From positions 640,001 through 704,000 of the forward strand of contig OZ243913.1 in NCBI GenBank assembly GCA_965213705.1: DNA of 64,000 bases. The letters are read 5' to 3'. The translations under genes and the position numbers were made by a program. This document shows, one piece after another, positions 31,774 through 41,554 of the stretch; position 1 is the first letter of the stretch; each line of letters starts with the position of its first letter. The DNA comes from Trueperaceae bacterium. GTDB lineage: Bacteria > Deinococcota > Deinococci > Deinococcales > Trueperaceae. The notes beneath the pieces were generated by a model that had not been told where the DNA came from, ran no database searches, and was given only the letters and a program-made list of their open reading frames with translations.

Positions 31774-32583
31774 TCAGTCTCGATTCTCCTCCAACCACTT
31801 CACCGCCCAATCGACCAGTGGGCGCTGCCGCAAAAAACGCGCCTCGGCCCGCCCGACGCTGCACACCGAGATGTCGTGCGCCGCCTCGTAAGCCTCGCCC
31901 AAGGCCTCGAAGTCCTCGTCGTCCCAATCAATCCGCCGGTACGCCACCCACTGCCGCACGCCGTCCACAAACACGGCCGAGCCCTCGTCCAGGTAGGTTT
32001 TGGGAATGCGGGCTCGAGTCTCGGCTAAGTGCAACGACGTGTTGTTGCCGTGGCCCACGCCCAAAAGCAACACGTAGCCGTCCAGTTCGTAGAGTTTGCC
32101 CAAGGGTGAAGCGTCCCCTAAAGCATCTTCTAAATCATGCTTTTCGGTGATAAACGCCGAGTGCGGCCCGAGCGCGGCGAACGACGCGGTCGGGTGATAG
32201 CTGCGCCGCACTCCGGGCCAGGTGCGGAAGAGTTCCGCCACGCGCCCCATCTTGCGGGTCGGCGTTTTGGCCGGGTCGAAAGCGGGCAGGGATGCCCGAA
32301 CGGTGGGCCACCAGCTTTCGGGAACGGGCGGGTTTTCCCACGCGCTCGGGTCGCTGTTGCCCGCGCTGTGCGCGGGCATGACGAGCGTGCCCGCGGGTCC
32401 CAACACCTGCAACAACGCCTCGAGAACCGCGACCGGGCCGCCGGAGACCCAACCGAGCTTGCTCAAGGCGCTGTGGACGAGCACCGTTTGGCCGGGGGCT
32501 AGACCGCACGTTTTAAAAGCGTCGGCGAGCCTGGCGACGGTGAGGGGCGAGGCGGCGTTTTGGACGGCGGCGGCTTCGGACAC
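31774..32583 (-). CDS. AAC(3)/YokD family N-acetyltransferase
   Basis: LVHSALS, GTLVMPA, RSYHP..SFAALG, NTSLHLAE. Confidence 0.9.
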   Translation of the reverse strand: MSEAAAVQNAASPLTVARLADAFKTCGLAPGQTVLVHSALSKLGWVSGGPVAVLEALLQVLGPAGTLVMPAHSAGNSDPSAWENPPVPESWWPTVRASLPAFDPAKTPTRKMGRVAELFRTWPGVRRSYHPTASFAALGPHSAFITEKHDLEDALGDASPLGKLYELDGYVLLLGVGHGNNTSLHLAETRARIPKTYLDEGSAVFVDGVRQWVAYRRIDWDDEDFEALGEAYEAAHDISVCSVGRAEARFLRQRPLVDWAVKWLEENRD

Positions 32584-32709
32584 GGCTCAGTTTACAGGAG
32601 AAACGCGGCCTCGTCTTTTGGGAGGCCTCGAGGACTGGTTTTTAAAAAGTTTGCAGTAAAAACACAGGTATTCTCTACCATGAAATAGTAGAGGATACCT
32701 GTGGGCTTG

Positions 32710-32787
<78 letters not shown>

Positions 32788-32934
32788 CACCGGGTGGATG
32801 TGTAGTGTACTTAAAAGAGGTCAGGTGGGTCAAGGGGAGAAAAACGTCATGTGGCGGCTCGAGCTACTTTTCAGCGTCGCCGAAACGTCGGCTTGACGGG
32901 GGGTTTCCGCCCTGCCCCGTGGTTAAATCAACTC

Positions 32935-33933
32935 ATGCCCTTTCGTATCAAAGTCTCGCTGGCGGCGCTCGTGTTTGTCCTCACCTTGCTGCTCGTCGGC
33001 CCTTTGGTCATCCCGATTCCGCCCCTGGCCGGTACCGTCCCGGCCGCGCAACTCACCGACTCGGACAGCCGGTTTATCGAGGTGGACGGGGTGAACGTTC
33101 ACTACAAAACGTCTTCGCTCACGCCGCCGGAAAACGCGCCTACTTTCGTGCTGCTGCACGGCTTCGGCTTGAGCACCTACACCTGGCATAAAGTGATGGA
33201 CGAGTTCGGCGCGCTGGGGCGCGTGGTCGCCTTCGACCGTCCGGCTTTCGGCCTGACCGAGCGGCCCCTGCCGGAAACGTGGCGCGAAAACCCCTACACG
33301 CCGCAGGCGCAGGCCGAACTGACCTTGAGTTTTATGAACGCGCTTGACATCGACGAGGCCGTTTTGGTCGGCAACTCGGCCGGGGCGACGGTCGCCGCCA
33401 AAGCGGCTTTGGCACGTCCCGAGCGCGTGACAGGCCTTGTCATTGTCGACGGCGATATTTACGACGAGAGCAGCCGTTCTACGCTGTCCCGCTTGTTGTT
33501 GCGCACGCCCCAAATCGACCGGCTGGGCCCGCTGTTGACGCGGCAGTTGGCCGGCGAGCCGGGCACGGACTTTTTGCGCTCGGCCTGGAGCGACCCCGCC
33601 AAGCTGGACGAGGCGACCGTGGCAGCGTACCAAAAGCCTCTGCAAACTGAGGACTGGGACCGGGCCTTGTGGGAGTACACCAAGGCGAGCCGCCCGCCGG
33701 GTTTGGAGAGTGAGCTGAACCGCCTGACGCTGCCCGTCCTCGTCGTGACCGGCGCGGACGACAAGCTCGTCGCGCCGAGTTTGAGCGAGCGCCTGGCGGG
33801 CGAACTGCCCGACGCGAGACTGAGCGTGCTGGACGGTTGCGGCCACACGCCCCAAGAAGAGTGTCCGGAGCCTTTTATGACCGCCGTGACGGGTTGGCTC
33901 GAGCAAAAGGATTTTGCCGCGGCGAACCGCTAG
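32935..33933 (+). CDS. Membrane-anchored alpha/beta hydrolase
   Basis: LLHGFG, GNSAG nucleophile, GHTPQEE; N-terminal TM helix. Confidence 0.88.
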   Translation: MPFRIKVSLAALVFVLTLLLVGPLVIPIPPLAGTVPAAQLTDSDSRFIEVDGVNVHYKTSSLTPPENAPTFVLLHGFGLSTYTWHKVMDEFGALGRVVAFDRPAFGLTERPLPETWRENPYTPQAQAELTLSFMNALDIDEAVLVGNSAGATVAAKAALARPERVTGLVIVDGDIYDESSRSTLSRLLLRTPQIDRLGPLLTRQLAGEPGTDFLRSAWSDPAKLDEATVAAYQKPLQTEDWDRALWEYTKASRPPGLESELNRLTLPVLVVTGADDKLVAPSLSERLAGELPDARLSVLDGCGHTPQEECPEPFMTAVTGWLEQKDFAAANR

Positions 33934-33982
33934 GCGTGCTACTTTTCTCTTCTCGAACCTTTTGAGCGAGTTAGACTGATTC

Positions 33983-34702
33983 GTGGTTTTAGGAATCATC
34001 AGCGACGTTCACGCCAACGTTATCGCGCTCGAGGCGGTGCTGGCCGAGCTTGAACAAAAAGGGGCGGACACGATTGTCTGCTTAGGCGACTTGGTCGGCT
34101 ACGGGCCTTCGCCCAACGAAACTATCGACTTGGTGCGCAGCGCGGGCGTGCTCTGCACCTTGGGCGCGGCGGACGAACGCATCGCCTACGACTTCGCGCG
34201 TCAAAAAGTGCCGCGTGCGGGCGTTGCAGATTCGACCCTCGAGTGGACGCGCGACATTATCGAGCCGCGCCACGTCGAGTTTTTGCGCAGTTTGCCGGTG
34301 CAGCAGCGCTTGAACACGCCCGCCGGACGCCTGCGCTTTTTTCACGGCTCGCCCGAAACGCCCGCCGAACGCCTCAACTTAAACCAGGACCCGATTCGGC
34401 TGGGCAAACTGCTTGAGCGCAACCGCTGCACCATCCTCGCCTGCGGCGGTTCCCACGTGCCTTACTTCCGGCAGCTTCACGTCGGGTGGGCCGTCAACCC
34501 CGGCTCGGTCGGTTTGTCCTTAAACGGTGAGCCCGGCGCGGACTACGCGCTCTTTCGCATCAGTGACGAGGGCAAGGTCGAGGTCGAGATGGACAAGGTC
34601 GAGTACGACTTCGCCGCCGTGGCCTTCGACATCATCGCCTGGGGCTTGCCCGCGGCGGTCGCCGAAGCGGTGCAGCACGGGAAGATGCCGGAGACGCCGT
34701 AG
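33983..34702 (+). CDS. Calcineurin-like metallophosphoesterase, partly degenerate
   Basis: ISDVHAN, LGDLVGYGP, FHGSP, NPGSVG; GNHD position reads GAAD and GHTH position reads GGSH. Confidence 0.8.
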   Translation: MVLGIISDVHANVIALEAVLAELEQKGADTIVCLGDLVGYGPSPNETIDLVRSAGVLCTLGAADERIAYDFARQKVPRAGVADSTLEWTRDIIEPRHVEFLRSLPVQQRLNTPAGRLRFFHGSPETPAERLNLNQDPIRLGKLLERNRCTILACGGSHVPYFRQLHVGWAVNPGSVGLSLNGEPGADYALFRISDEGKVEVEMDKVEYDFAAVAFDIIAWGLPAAVAEAVQHGKMPETP

Positions 34703-34731
34703 AGTTATGGTCGGTTGAATGGCTTCGGGCG

Positions 34732-34872
34732 ATGAAGTTTAACAGCTACATCTGGGAACTTTACAAAACGTCAGAGGCAGGTAAAGAGGTTTTGGATTCT
34801 CTAAAAATCAAAGAACTTGATGCCGACCTTGATGAACTAAGCAGACAGCTCGTTGCCGAAGGGATTTACTAA
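34732..34872 (+). other. Short lower-GC ORF (46 aa), possible gene fragment
   Basis: MKFNSYIWELYKTSEAGKEVLDSL...; sits between convergent genes. Confidence 0.35.
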
Positions 34873-34898
34873 AGCTCGAGGGCGCGCCGGCCAAAACC

Positions 34899-35672
34899 TC
34901 AATCGTCCGTTTCAACTTGCCACTGCACCCGCTCGATGGCGGTCGCCCGACCGTTTGCCAGCGTCAACACGACCCCGCAGAGCGTGCCGGGCTGGTCGGC
35001 GGGTTTGTAGCGGGCGGGGAGCTTTTGGACGAAGCGCCGGTGAACCTCTTCGAAACGCATCCCGATGGACGAGTTCTGCACGCCCGTCATGCCCACGTCG
35101 GTGATGTAGGCCGTACCCTTGAGCAGGGTTTCGTCGGCGGTTTGCACGTGGGTGTGGGTACCGATGACGGCGCTGACCCGGCCCGCTAAGTGGTAGCCCA
35201 TCACTTTCTTCTCGCTCGTCGCCTCGGCGTGAAAGTCTACGACGAGGGCTTGGCCGGGCGGCGTCGCTTCGGCCACGGCGTCGAGGGCGCGAAAGGGGTC
35301 GTCGAGGGCGTCCATAAAGACGCGGCCCATCGCCTGCGCCACGCTCACCTGTTCACCCCCCCGCGCCTCGAAAGTGGCGAAGCCCAAACCCGGCGTGCCC
35401 GGCGGGTAGTTCAGGGGGCGCAGCAGACGGGGCGTCTCCTCGACAAGGGCGAGGGTTTCGGCTTGGTCGAAAGAGTGGTTGCCGAGCGTGACCACGTCGA
35501 CGCCGGCGTCTAAGAGTTGCCCGAAGTGCTTGCGCGTGATGCCGAAGCCGCCCGCGGCGTTCTCACCGTTGGCGATGACGAAGTCGTAGTCGTCCCGGTA
35601 GCGCTCCAGGTAGGCTCGAGCCACCGCCAGCCCCGGCTTGGCAAAAATATCGCCGATAAAAAGGATTTTCAC
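34899..35672 (-). CDS. YmdB-like (TIGR00282-type) metallophosphoesterase
   Basis: GDIFAKPG, NGENAAGG, TLGNH, DFHAEATSEK, GTHTHVQT, TDVGMTG. Confidence 0.92.
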   Translation of the reverse strand: MKILFIGDIFAKPGLAVARAYLERYRDDYDFVIANGENAAGGFGITRKHFGQLLDAGVDVVTLGNHSFDQAETLALVEETPRLLRPLNYPPGTPGLGFATFEARGGEQVSVAQAMGRVFMDALDDPFRALDAVAEATPPGQALVVDFHAEATSEKKVMGYHLAGRVSAVIGTHTHVQTADETLLKGTAYITDVGMTGVQNSSIGMRFEEVHRRFVQKLPARYKPADQPGTLCGVVLTLANGRATAIERVQWQVETDD

Positions 35673-35709
35673 GCGTCAGGATAACAGGCTGGGGAACGAG
35701 GTGCAGCGT

Positions 35710-36066
35710 TCACGCCTTGCTGAGCTCGTACTGCTCACGCCACAGAGGTTCGTCCCAACCGGCCGAGAGCGTGTTGCCGCTGCGCACTAAAGGTTGCACC
35801 ATCAGTTTGGGCTCGTCGATGAGCTTTTGCAGCATGGCGTCGTCGGACACGCGCAAGTGCTCGAGGCCTGCGTCCTTGTACGCCTTGCCGCCCGAGTCCA
35901 CCAACGCGTCCAAGCCGAACTTGCTCACAAAGCGGTTCAGTTCACCCGGCGCGATTTCGCGCTGCTGCAAGTCTACGAACTGCGGCTCGATGCCGCGCTC
36001 TTTGAAAAACCGCAACGCTTTTTTGGTGTCTTGCGACTTGTTGGTGCCGAAAATTTGGACGTTCAT
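35710..36066 (-). CDS. ArsC/Spx/MgsR family protein
   Basis: VQIFGT..SQDTKKALRFFKER, VDL..REIAPGEL, P.LM.QPLV. Confidence 0.8.
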   Translation of the reverse strand: MNVQIFGTNKSQDTKKALRFFKERGIEPQFVDLQQREIAPGELNRFVSKFGLDALVDSGGKAYKDAGLEHLRVSDDAMLQKLIDEPKLMVQPLVRSGNTLSAGWDEPLWREQYELSKA

Positions 36067-36179
36067 GTCTCTAAAGTAGCAGAAGAGAAAGTACCGAGTA
36101 CCTAGTACCGAGTTGAAAGTGGTTTCACTCGGTGCTTTTCAATCGGTCCTCGGTACTGTTTTTCGTTAGACTTGACCCT

Positions 36180-36608
36180 ATGGCCGAAACCCTGTTCAAC
36201 CTCCTCAACCTGCTGCCCTTGCCCGTGTGGGTGGGGATGCTCCTGTTTCCGCGGACGCGCTATACCCAGCGGCTGGTCATGGCTTACTGGCCCTACATGG
36301 TCCTGAGCGGGCTGTACGCGCTGTTTCTGCTCGTCTCGCTGACCCAGGCGACGGCCGGTTTCAGCCTGAGCTTCGATGCGCTGCGGGCCGGACTGGGGGG
36401 CGAGTGGGCGTTTTTAGCGGCCTGGGCGCACTTTGTCACTTTCGACCTGTTCGTCGGCGTGTGGATTTTCCGCGACGCGAAGTACTGGGGCGTCAACCCC
36501 GGCCTGTTTTTACTTTTCACGCTGTTCGCCGGGCCGCTGGGTTTGGGCGCTTACCTAATCGTGCGCGAGCGCAAAGCCAAAACCGACCCGGTGCGTACCC
36601 TCAACTGA
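36180..36608 (+). CDS. ABA4-like (DUF4281) membrane protein
   Basis: AWAHFVTFDLFVG, L..FAGPLGL. Confidence 0.8.
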   Translation: MAETLFNLLNLLPLPVWVGMLLFPRTRYTQRLVMAYWPYMVLSGLYALFLLVSLTQATAGFSLSFDALRAGLGGEWAFLAAWAHFVTFDLFVGVWIFRDAKYWGVNPGLFLLFTLFAGPLGLGAYLIVRERKAKTDPVRTLN

Positions 36609-36609
36609 A

Positions 36610-36636
36610 GTAGGGGCGGGTTTCAAACCCGCCCTT
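36610..36636. repeat. GTAG-family REP-like palindrome
   Basis: GTAG-GGGCGGGTTT-C-AAACCCGCCC between convergent genes. Confidence 0.65.
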
Positions 36637-38203
36637 AAAGCAGCTCGAGCAGGTTCACGCCCCGCCTGAGGTCGTCGGGTCCCGGCACCCGGTCCTGAAG
36701 CATGAGGTGCTCCAGGGCCGCCATAGGGGCGTCCCACTTGGCGCAAACGGCCGCCCGCACCGCGCCGTCTTTCAGGTAATAGGCGATAAAACCGCCGTCG
36801 TCGACGTCGCCGGTGTAGAGGATGTCGTCAAACGCCTCGGCGTGGCCCAGGTAGTGCAGCTTGAGGTCGGGCTGCGCCGTCCAGAAGTAGGGCACACCGT
36901 CGTAAGCCTCGGCTCGGCCGAGCATGTTGCGCGCGGCGAGGCGGCCGTGCTGCGCCGCGACGCGCCAGTGTTCGATGCGGGCGCACTCGCCATACTCGTT
37001 ACGCGGTAAGGGGAAGGTCGCCACGTCGCCCGCGGCGTAAAGACCGTCCGCCGCCCGGAGGCCCGCGTCGACGAGGATGCCGCCGTCCTCGGCCTTGTCC
37101 ACGCCGCTCACGATGTCGGTCACGGGCTCGACCCCGACGCCTAGGACCACGAAGTCGGCGTGAAGCGTCGTTCCGTCGTCGAGAACGACCCGCGCCACCC
37201 GCCCCTCGCCCTCGAAGGCGCTCGGCTCGTGCTCTAAGTAAAACTGTGTGCCGAGCCGTTCGTGGTGCCGCTTAACCCGTGCACCGACGCGCTCGCCCAA
37301 AAGTTTGGCGAAGGGCACGCGCTCGCGCGCCACGACCGACACCGCCACGCCCCGGTCTTGCAACAAGGCGGCGAGTTCCAGGGCGATAAAGCTCGAGCCC
37401 ACCAGCACCGCCCGGCCGTAGGACGCGGCGGCCGCCAAGATGTGCTCCGCGTCGCGAAGCGAGCGCAGGGTGTAGATGCCTGCTAAGTCACTTCCCGGCA
37501 GCTCGAGGCGGCGCGGCCGGCCCCCGGTCGCCACGAGCAGCGCGTCGTAGGGAAGCGTTTCGCCCGAGGCGAAGCGAAGTGTTTTCGCTTCGGCGTCGAC
37601 TTTAGTGACTTCTCCGTCGCGGCGCTCGACGTCCTGTTCCGTGTAGAAGTCCTCGTCGCGCAAGAAAAAGCGGCGCTCGTCGTGAACGCGGCCTATTTCG
37701 GTCGCCTTGCTCAGCGCGGTGCGGTCGTAGGGCCACACCGCTTCTTTGGTCACGAGGACAATTCGGCCCGCGAAGCCTTCGGCGCGGAGGGTCTCAACGG
37801 CGTGTTGTCCGGCGACGCCGCCGCCCAGCACCACAAAGGTGCGCTCGTCGCCGCGGTGGGCCGGTTCGGGCAGGCGCTCGGGCTCGGCCTCCGCGGGGAC
37901 GCTGACGAACACGTCGTCCCCGTCAATTCGCACCGCAAAGCGTGTCAGGGCGTTCAGACCGGGCGGCTCCAGGTGGTCGCCGGTCGTCACGTCGAAACAG
38001 GCGTGGTGCCAGGGGCAAATCACTTGCCGGCCCGAGAGGGCTCCTTGTGCGAGGGGCGCGCCATAGTGGCTGCAGTGACCGCTTATGGCGTACACCTCGC
38101 CGTCGACGTGGCTGAGCAGCAGGGTAGTTTCTCCCGCCGTGACCTCCCTCATGGTGTTTGGGGGAAAGTCGCTGAGGTTGGCTACTTTGTAATCGTTCGT
38201 CAT
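36635..38203 (-). CDS. Rieske 2Fe-2S + FAD-dependent pyridine nucleotide oxidoreductase
   Basis: CSHYG..CPWH Rieske motif, GGGVAG, ATGG, AAGD, RIEHW, VPYFWT. Confidence 0.9.
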   Translation of the reverse strand: MTNDYKVANLSDFPPNTMREVTAGETTLLLSHVDGEVYAISGHCSHYGAPLAQGALSGRQVICPWHHACFDVTTGDHLEPPGLNALTRFAVRIDGDDVFVSVPAEAEPERLPEPAHRGDERTFVVLGGGVAGQHAVETLRAEGFAGRIVLVTKEAVWPYDRTALSKATEIGRVHDERRFFLRDEDFYTEQDVERRDGEVTKVDAEAKTLRFASGETLPYDALLVATGGRPRRLELPGSDLAGIYTLRSLRDAEHILAAAASYGRAVLVGSSFIALELAALLQDRGVAVSVVARERVPFAKLLGERVGARVKRHHERLGTQFYLEHEPSAFEGEGRVARVVLDDGTTLHADFVVLGVGVEPVTDIVSGVDKAEDGGILVDAGLRAADGLYAAGDVATFPLPRNEYGECARIEHWRVAAQHGRLAARNMLGRAEAYDGVPYFWTAQPDLKLHYLGHAEAFDDILYTGDVDDGGFIAYYLKDGAVRAAVCAKWDAPMAALEHLMLQDRVPGPDDLRRGVNLLELL

Positions 38204-38454
38204 GCTTTAAGCCTAAAAGAAATCAGCCTGAAAGAAAAGGGTGCTCGGCTTTAGGGACTGCCCTGCAATGTTGCTCTTGTCAACCTACAACTGTCAACCT
38301 ACAACCGGCGCTTTCAACCCGGACTTTCAAGGGAGTGACGCTTATTGCTTTGCGCCAGCCGGACGCCGCGGCCGGGTTTTTGCCGTCAGGGTTGTGCAGA
38401 AGGTACCCGGCAGTCCTCTCGAGCCTTGTGCGGAGGCGGCGAAAGTCGTTGACT

Positions 38455-41286
38455 TTAGCGGCGGACTCGAGCGGGCCGAATCAACCCGAACTCCAAAGCC
38501 AACTCCGGGTTGTCGCGTTTTAGGGCCGTCATGCGCCGCCGGTACGACCAAAACTCGACGGCGACCGAAACCGTGTTGACGAGGTAGATGACGGCCAACG
38601 CGACGAGGTCCGTCCTCAGCGACAAACCCACACCGATGTTCCACGCGTAAAGGTGGGACAAGGTGTCCAGGCCGACGAGCGCCCAGGGAACCAGCAGCAG
38701 CAAACCCCACACCTCGTCCGCCAAACCGCTGCCCGGCACGAGCAGCGCGAGCACGTGGTAGGCCCAGGTGCGCGGCGCGTTGCGCACCCAGCGAAGCCGA
38801 GGGACAAACAGCCACACGAAGGTTACGGCGACCAGGACTAAAAACAAAACGACCAGGGGCGCCCACAGGGTCGTCGCCAAACCGGCCGGGCGTGCGGCCA
38901 TCAAACCCGACCAGGGGTTGACGAACACCCCGGCCACGGCCCCGCTCCAGTCGCCCGCTCGCGCTACTTGCAGGTCTTGCGAGCTTGGCACGGCCAAAAG
39001 AGGCGTGCCGGGTCGGTAAGCCCGCTGAAAGGCGAACAGGTCGGTCGTGTCTTCGTCCAGGTTGTACCTCGCCTCGGGCAGCCTGGACAGCTCGGTGGCG
39101 CGGCGGTAGAAGGTGTCGTCGCCGGTCAGTGCGCCCAGGTTGTTCAGGGCGGGTGCGAAGTCTTCAGCCGCGTCGTAGCGGGTGCGGGCGCGGTCCTCGT
39201 CGCCTGCTACTTGCGCCGCGTAACCCCTTACGAAGTCGCCGCGCGTCCCGGCGAGCGGCGCGTCTGCGTAGCTCTGGGCCGCGGCGCTCGCGAACGTACC
39301 CGACCCGAGGGCCGCCACGTCGTCCGCTCCCCGGTAACCGGACGCCAGCCCGGCCATGAGCAGCGCCCCGGCCAGCAACATCAGCAAGACGACCTTTTCG
39401 GTAAGGCTGTAAAAACGCATGATGAAAATTCGCGACACAGGGCTGACCGAGCGGTTCAACAAACGACGCCGCTCAAAGTTCACGCTTTGCGCCCGCCAGT
39501 ATTTGGCCGCTAGCGTAAAGTGCAGGGCCAGCACGGTAGCCAGCAACGCCAGGGCGCTGTACCAGCCCGAACGCCCGAGAAAGCGGGCGGCCGCCGCCGG
39601 CGGTGCCAGCCTCAGCCGGCCCCGCCCGAGGTCGCGCCAGCGGTCGGCCTCGAGTCCTTGCCCGTTTTGGCGCAGGAGGTCTGCGTAGTCCCGCAGCGCG
39701 CGGCCCACTGCGGGCACCTCGGGCGCGGCGAAGTAGGCCAGCCACGGTGCCCAAAAGCCGGCGCGCCCTAAGTCCTCAGCGGCAAGTGCCTCTTGAAAAG
39801 GCTGCAGCGGAAAGTTATAGGCCTCGTGCAAGGTCAGGTCGCGCAGCAGCCTCGGGTCGTAACCGCGGGCGGCGAAGTCTCGGAGCGCCTTGTCGGCTGC
39901 GAGGTTCGCCAAGTCCGGCTCGCCCAGCTCGAGCAGCGCGCGGCTCAGTCCGGCCGCGTCGTAAAAGGTCTCGGCGCGTTCCACCGCGGCCGCAAAGGCG
40001 CTCGTTGACTCGGGCGCGTTCAGTGTTTGCCCCACGCGCAGGTAGAGCCACGGGTTGGTCGGGTCTTGGGCCAAGCGGGCCGCGGGGTCTTCGCCCTGCG
40101 CCTCGGCCCGCAACCAGCCGAACAGCGCCGAGGTGGGGTCGAACACCACCGGCTCCGGGGTGCCGCTTGACAACGTCACCGTTTCGGTCTCGGTCGTCAC
40201 CGTGAGCCCGTCCGCGGCGGGGCTCAGCCCGGTGACTTGACTGGGCAGCGCGAGGCGGTCTTGCACCACGCCGGTCGCCAAGTCCAGGGTCAGCAGGCTG
40301 TTGCCGTGTCCCACGTAAACCGCGTCTGAATGGGTCAGCAACCCGCTCGTTTCACCGCTCTCGGGTGGAAAAGTCAGGGTCCAGAGAACCTCGTCGTCGC
40401 CCCGAGCCACCACAGCGTCATTTTCCAAGGCAACCTCGTCGGGGACGGAACGCTGCGCGCTCGGCGTGGGTGCCGGAGAAGGGGCGGGCGCCTCGGTTGG
40501 GAGGGTGTTCTCCGGCGCAACATCGTCCGGTTGGGGCGACGCCGGCGTAGCGGGTGTCTGCTCGAGGGGTGTTCGCTCGAGGGTCGCGCCGGGTTGTGAG
40601 TCTTCTTGAGGTGCGGTTTCGTCCGGCGTTGGGGACGGCGCTGCGGCTCGAGCTGAGGGGGTGTCGGCTGGTGGGGTGTCGGCCGGTACAGTCTCATTCA
40701 GGCCGGGTTCGTTCAGGCCGGGTTCATTCAAGCTGGGTGCGTTCGGGTCGGTCTCGGTGGTGTCGGACCCAGGGGGGTCAGACTCGGCTGGACCTGTCTC
40801 GGCCGGACCCGTCTCAGTTGGAGCCACCTCAGCCGGAGGGGCGGGCGTGACCGTCGACGTTTCTTCGCGGCTCGTCACCTCGACCTCGAACCGTGCGCTC
40901 AAGGTGTCGCCCCGGACAGTCAGCTGCCAGCGTCCCGGCGTGCCAAGTCGTGTGGTGTAGGTAAGGTCGCCTTGGGCGTCGGTTTGCACGTCCTCGACTA
41001 TATTTTCAGCCTGCAGTCCGGGCGCGGCTCCGTCGGGTTCGTTCGTCAGGGTCAGGGTGTAACCGGTTTCCGGAACCAGCCCCGACGCCGTGACGGTGAG
41101 GGGGTCGCCCGCACTCAAGTTGAGGTCGCTGAGCTTGATAAGGGGCAGCGACTGTGCTCGAGCGAAACCGCTTGTCAGGACGAGGCTGCCGGCCAAGCTG
41201 CAAACTAGGCCGTAAACCAAGCCGTAAACGAGGCTACAAGTGAATACACAGCGCAAAAGTTTGGGCAAACCGGTGGTGCGAACCAT
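38455..41286 (-). CDS. Large membrane protein with Pro/Thr/Glu-rich linker and TPR-like segments
   Basis: Long ORF; signal-like N-terminus, low-complexity linker, ALNNLG/ARYNL motifs, several C-terminal TM helices. Confidence 0.7.
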   Translation of the reverse strand: MVRTTGLPKLLRCVFTCSLVYGLVYGLVCSLAGSLVLTSGFARAQSLPLIKLSDLNLSAGDPLTVTASGLVPETGYTLTLTNEPDGAAPGLQAENIVEDVQTDAQGDLTYTTRLGTPGRWQLTVRGDTLSARFEVEVTSREETSTVTPAPPAEVAPTETGPAETGPAESDPPGSDTTETDPNAPSLNEPGLNEPGLNETVPADTPPADTPSARAAAPSPTPDETAPQEDSQPGATLERTPLEQTPATPASPQPDDVAPENTLPTEAPAPSPAPTPSAQRSVPDEVALENDAVVARGDDEVLWTLTFPPESGETSGLLTHSDAVYVGHGNSLLTLDLATGVVQDRLALPSQVTGLSPAADGLTVTTETETVTLSSGTPEPVVFDPTSALFGWLRAEAQGEDPAARLAQDPTNPWLYLRVGQTLNAPESTSAFAAAVERAETFYDAAGLSRALLELGEPDLANLAADKALRDFAARGYDPRLLRDLTLHEAYNFPLQPFQEALAAEDLGRAGFWAPWLAYFAAPEVPAVGRALRDYADLLRQNGQGLEADRWRDLGRGRLRLAPPAAAARFLGRSGWYSALALLATVLALHFTLAAKYWRAQSVNFERRRLLNRSVSPVSRIFIMRFYSLTEKVVLLMLLAGALLMAGLASGYRGADDVAALGSGTFASAAAQSYADAPLAGTRGDFVRGYAAQVAGDEDRARTRYDAAEDFAPALNNLGALTGDDTFYRRATELSRLPEARYNLDEDTTDLFAFQRAYRPGTPLLAVPSSQDLQVARAGDWSGAVAGVFVNPWSGLMAARPAGLATTLWAPLVVLFLVLVAVTFVWLFVPRLRWVRNAPRTWAYHVLALLVPGSGLADEVWGLLLLVPWALVGLDTLSHLYAWNIGVGLSLRTDLVALAVIYLVNTVSVAVEFWSYRRRMTALKRDNPELALEFGLIRPARVRR

Positions 41287-41554
41287 GAAAAGCCTCCCGT
41301 GACTCACCGCGTATTATAAGGGAACGTCTCTGAACGGTAAGATACCCAGGCCCCGCCGAGGGTGGCCGTTTTTGTCAGCGCGGAAGTCAGCGCAGAAAGC
41401 AGTCAAAACCCCTTGAAGTAGCGAAAAAACGTTTTCTCGGGTTCGGCCCAGCGATTTCATCTCGTACGTTTTGTCGGTAGCTTCAACGGCTCAGGTGTGC
41501 CGAAAAGAGGGAAACTTCAACCCCGGGGCCCGGCGGGACTGGTATACTTGCGCA

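Noticed and set aside
31774..32583. Aminoglycoside resistance gene
   Set aside because: AAC(3)/YokD homologues are widespread chromosomal genes; resistance cannot be inferred from sequence
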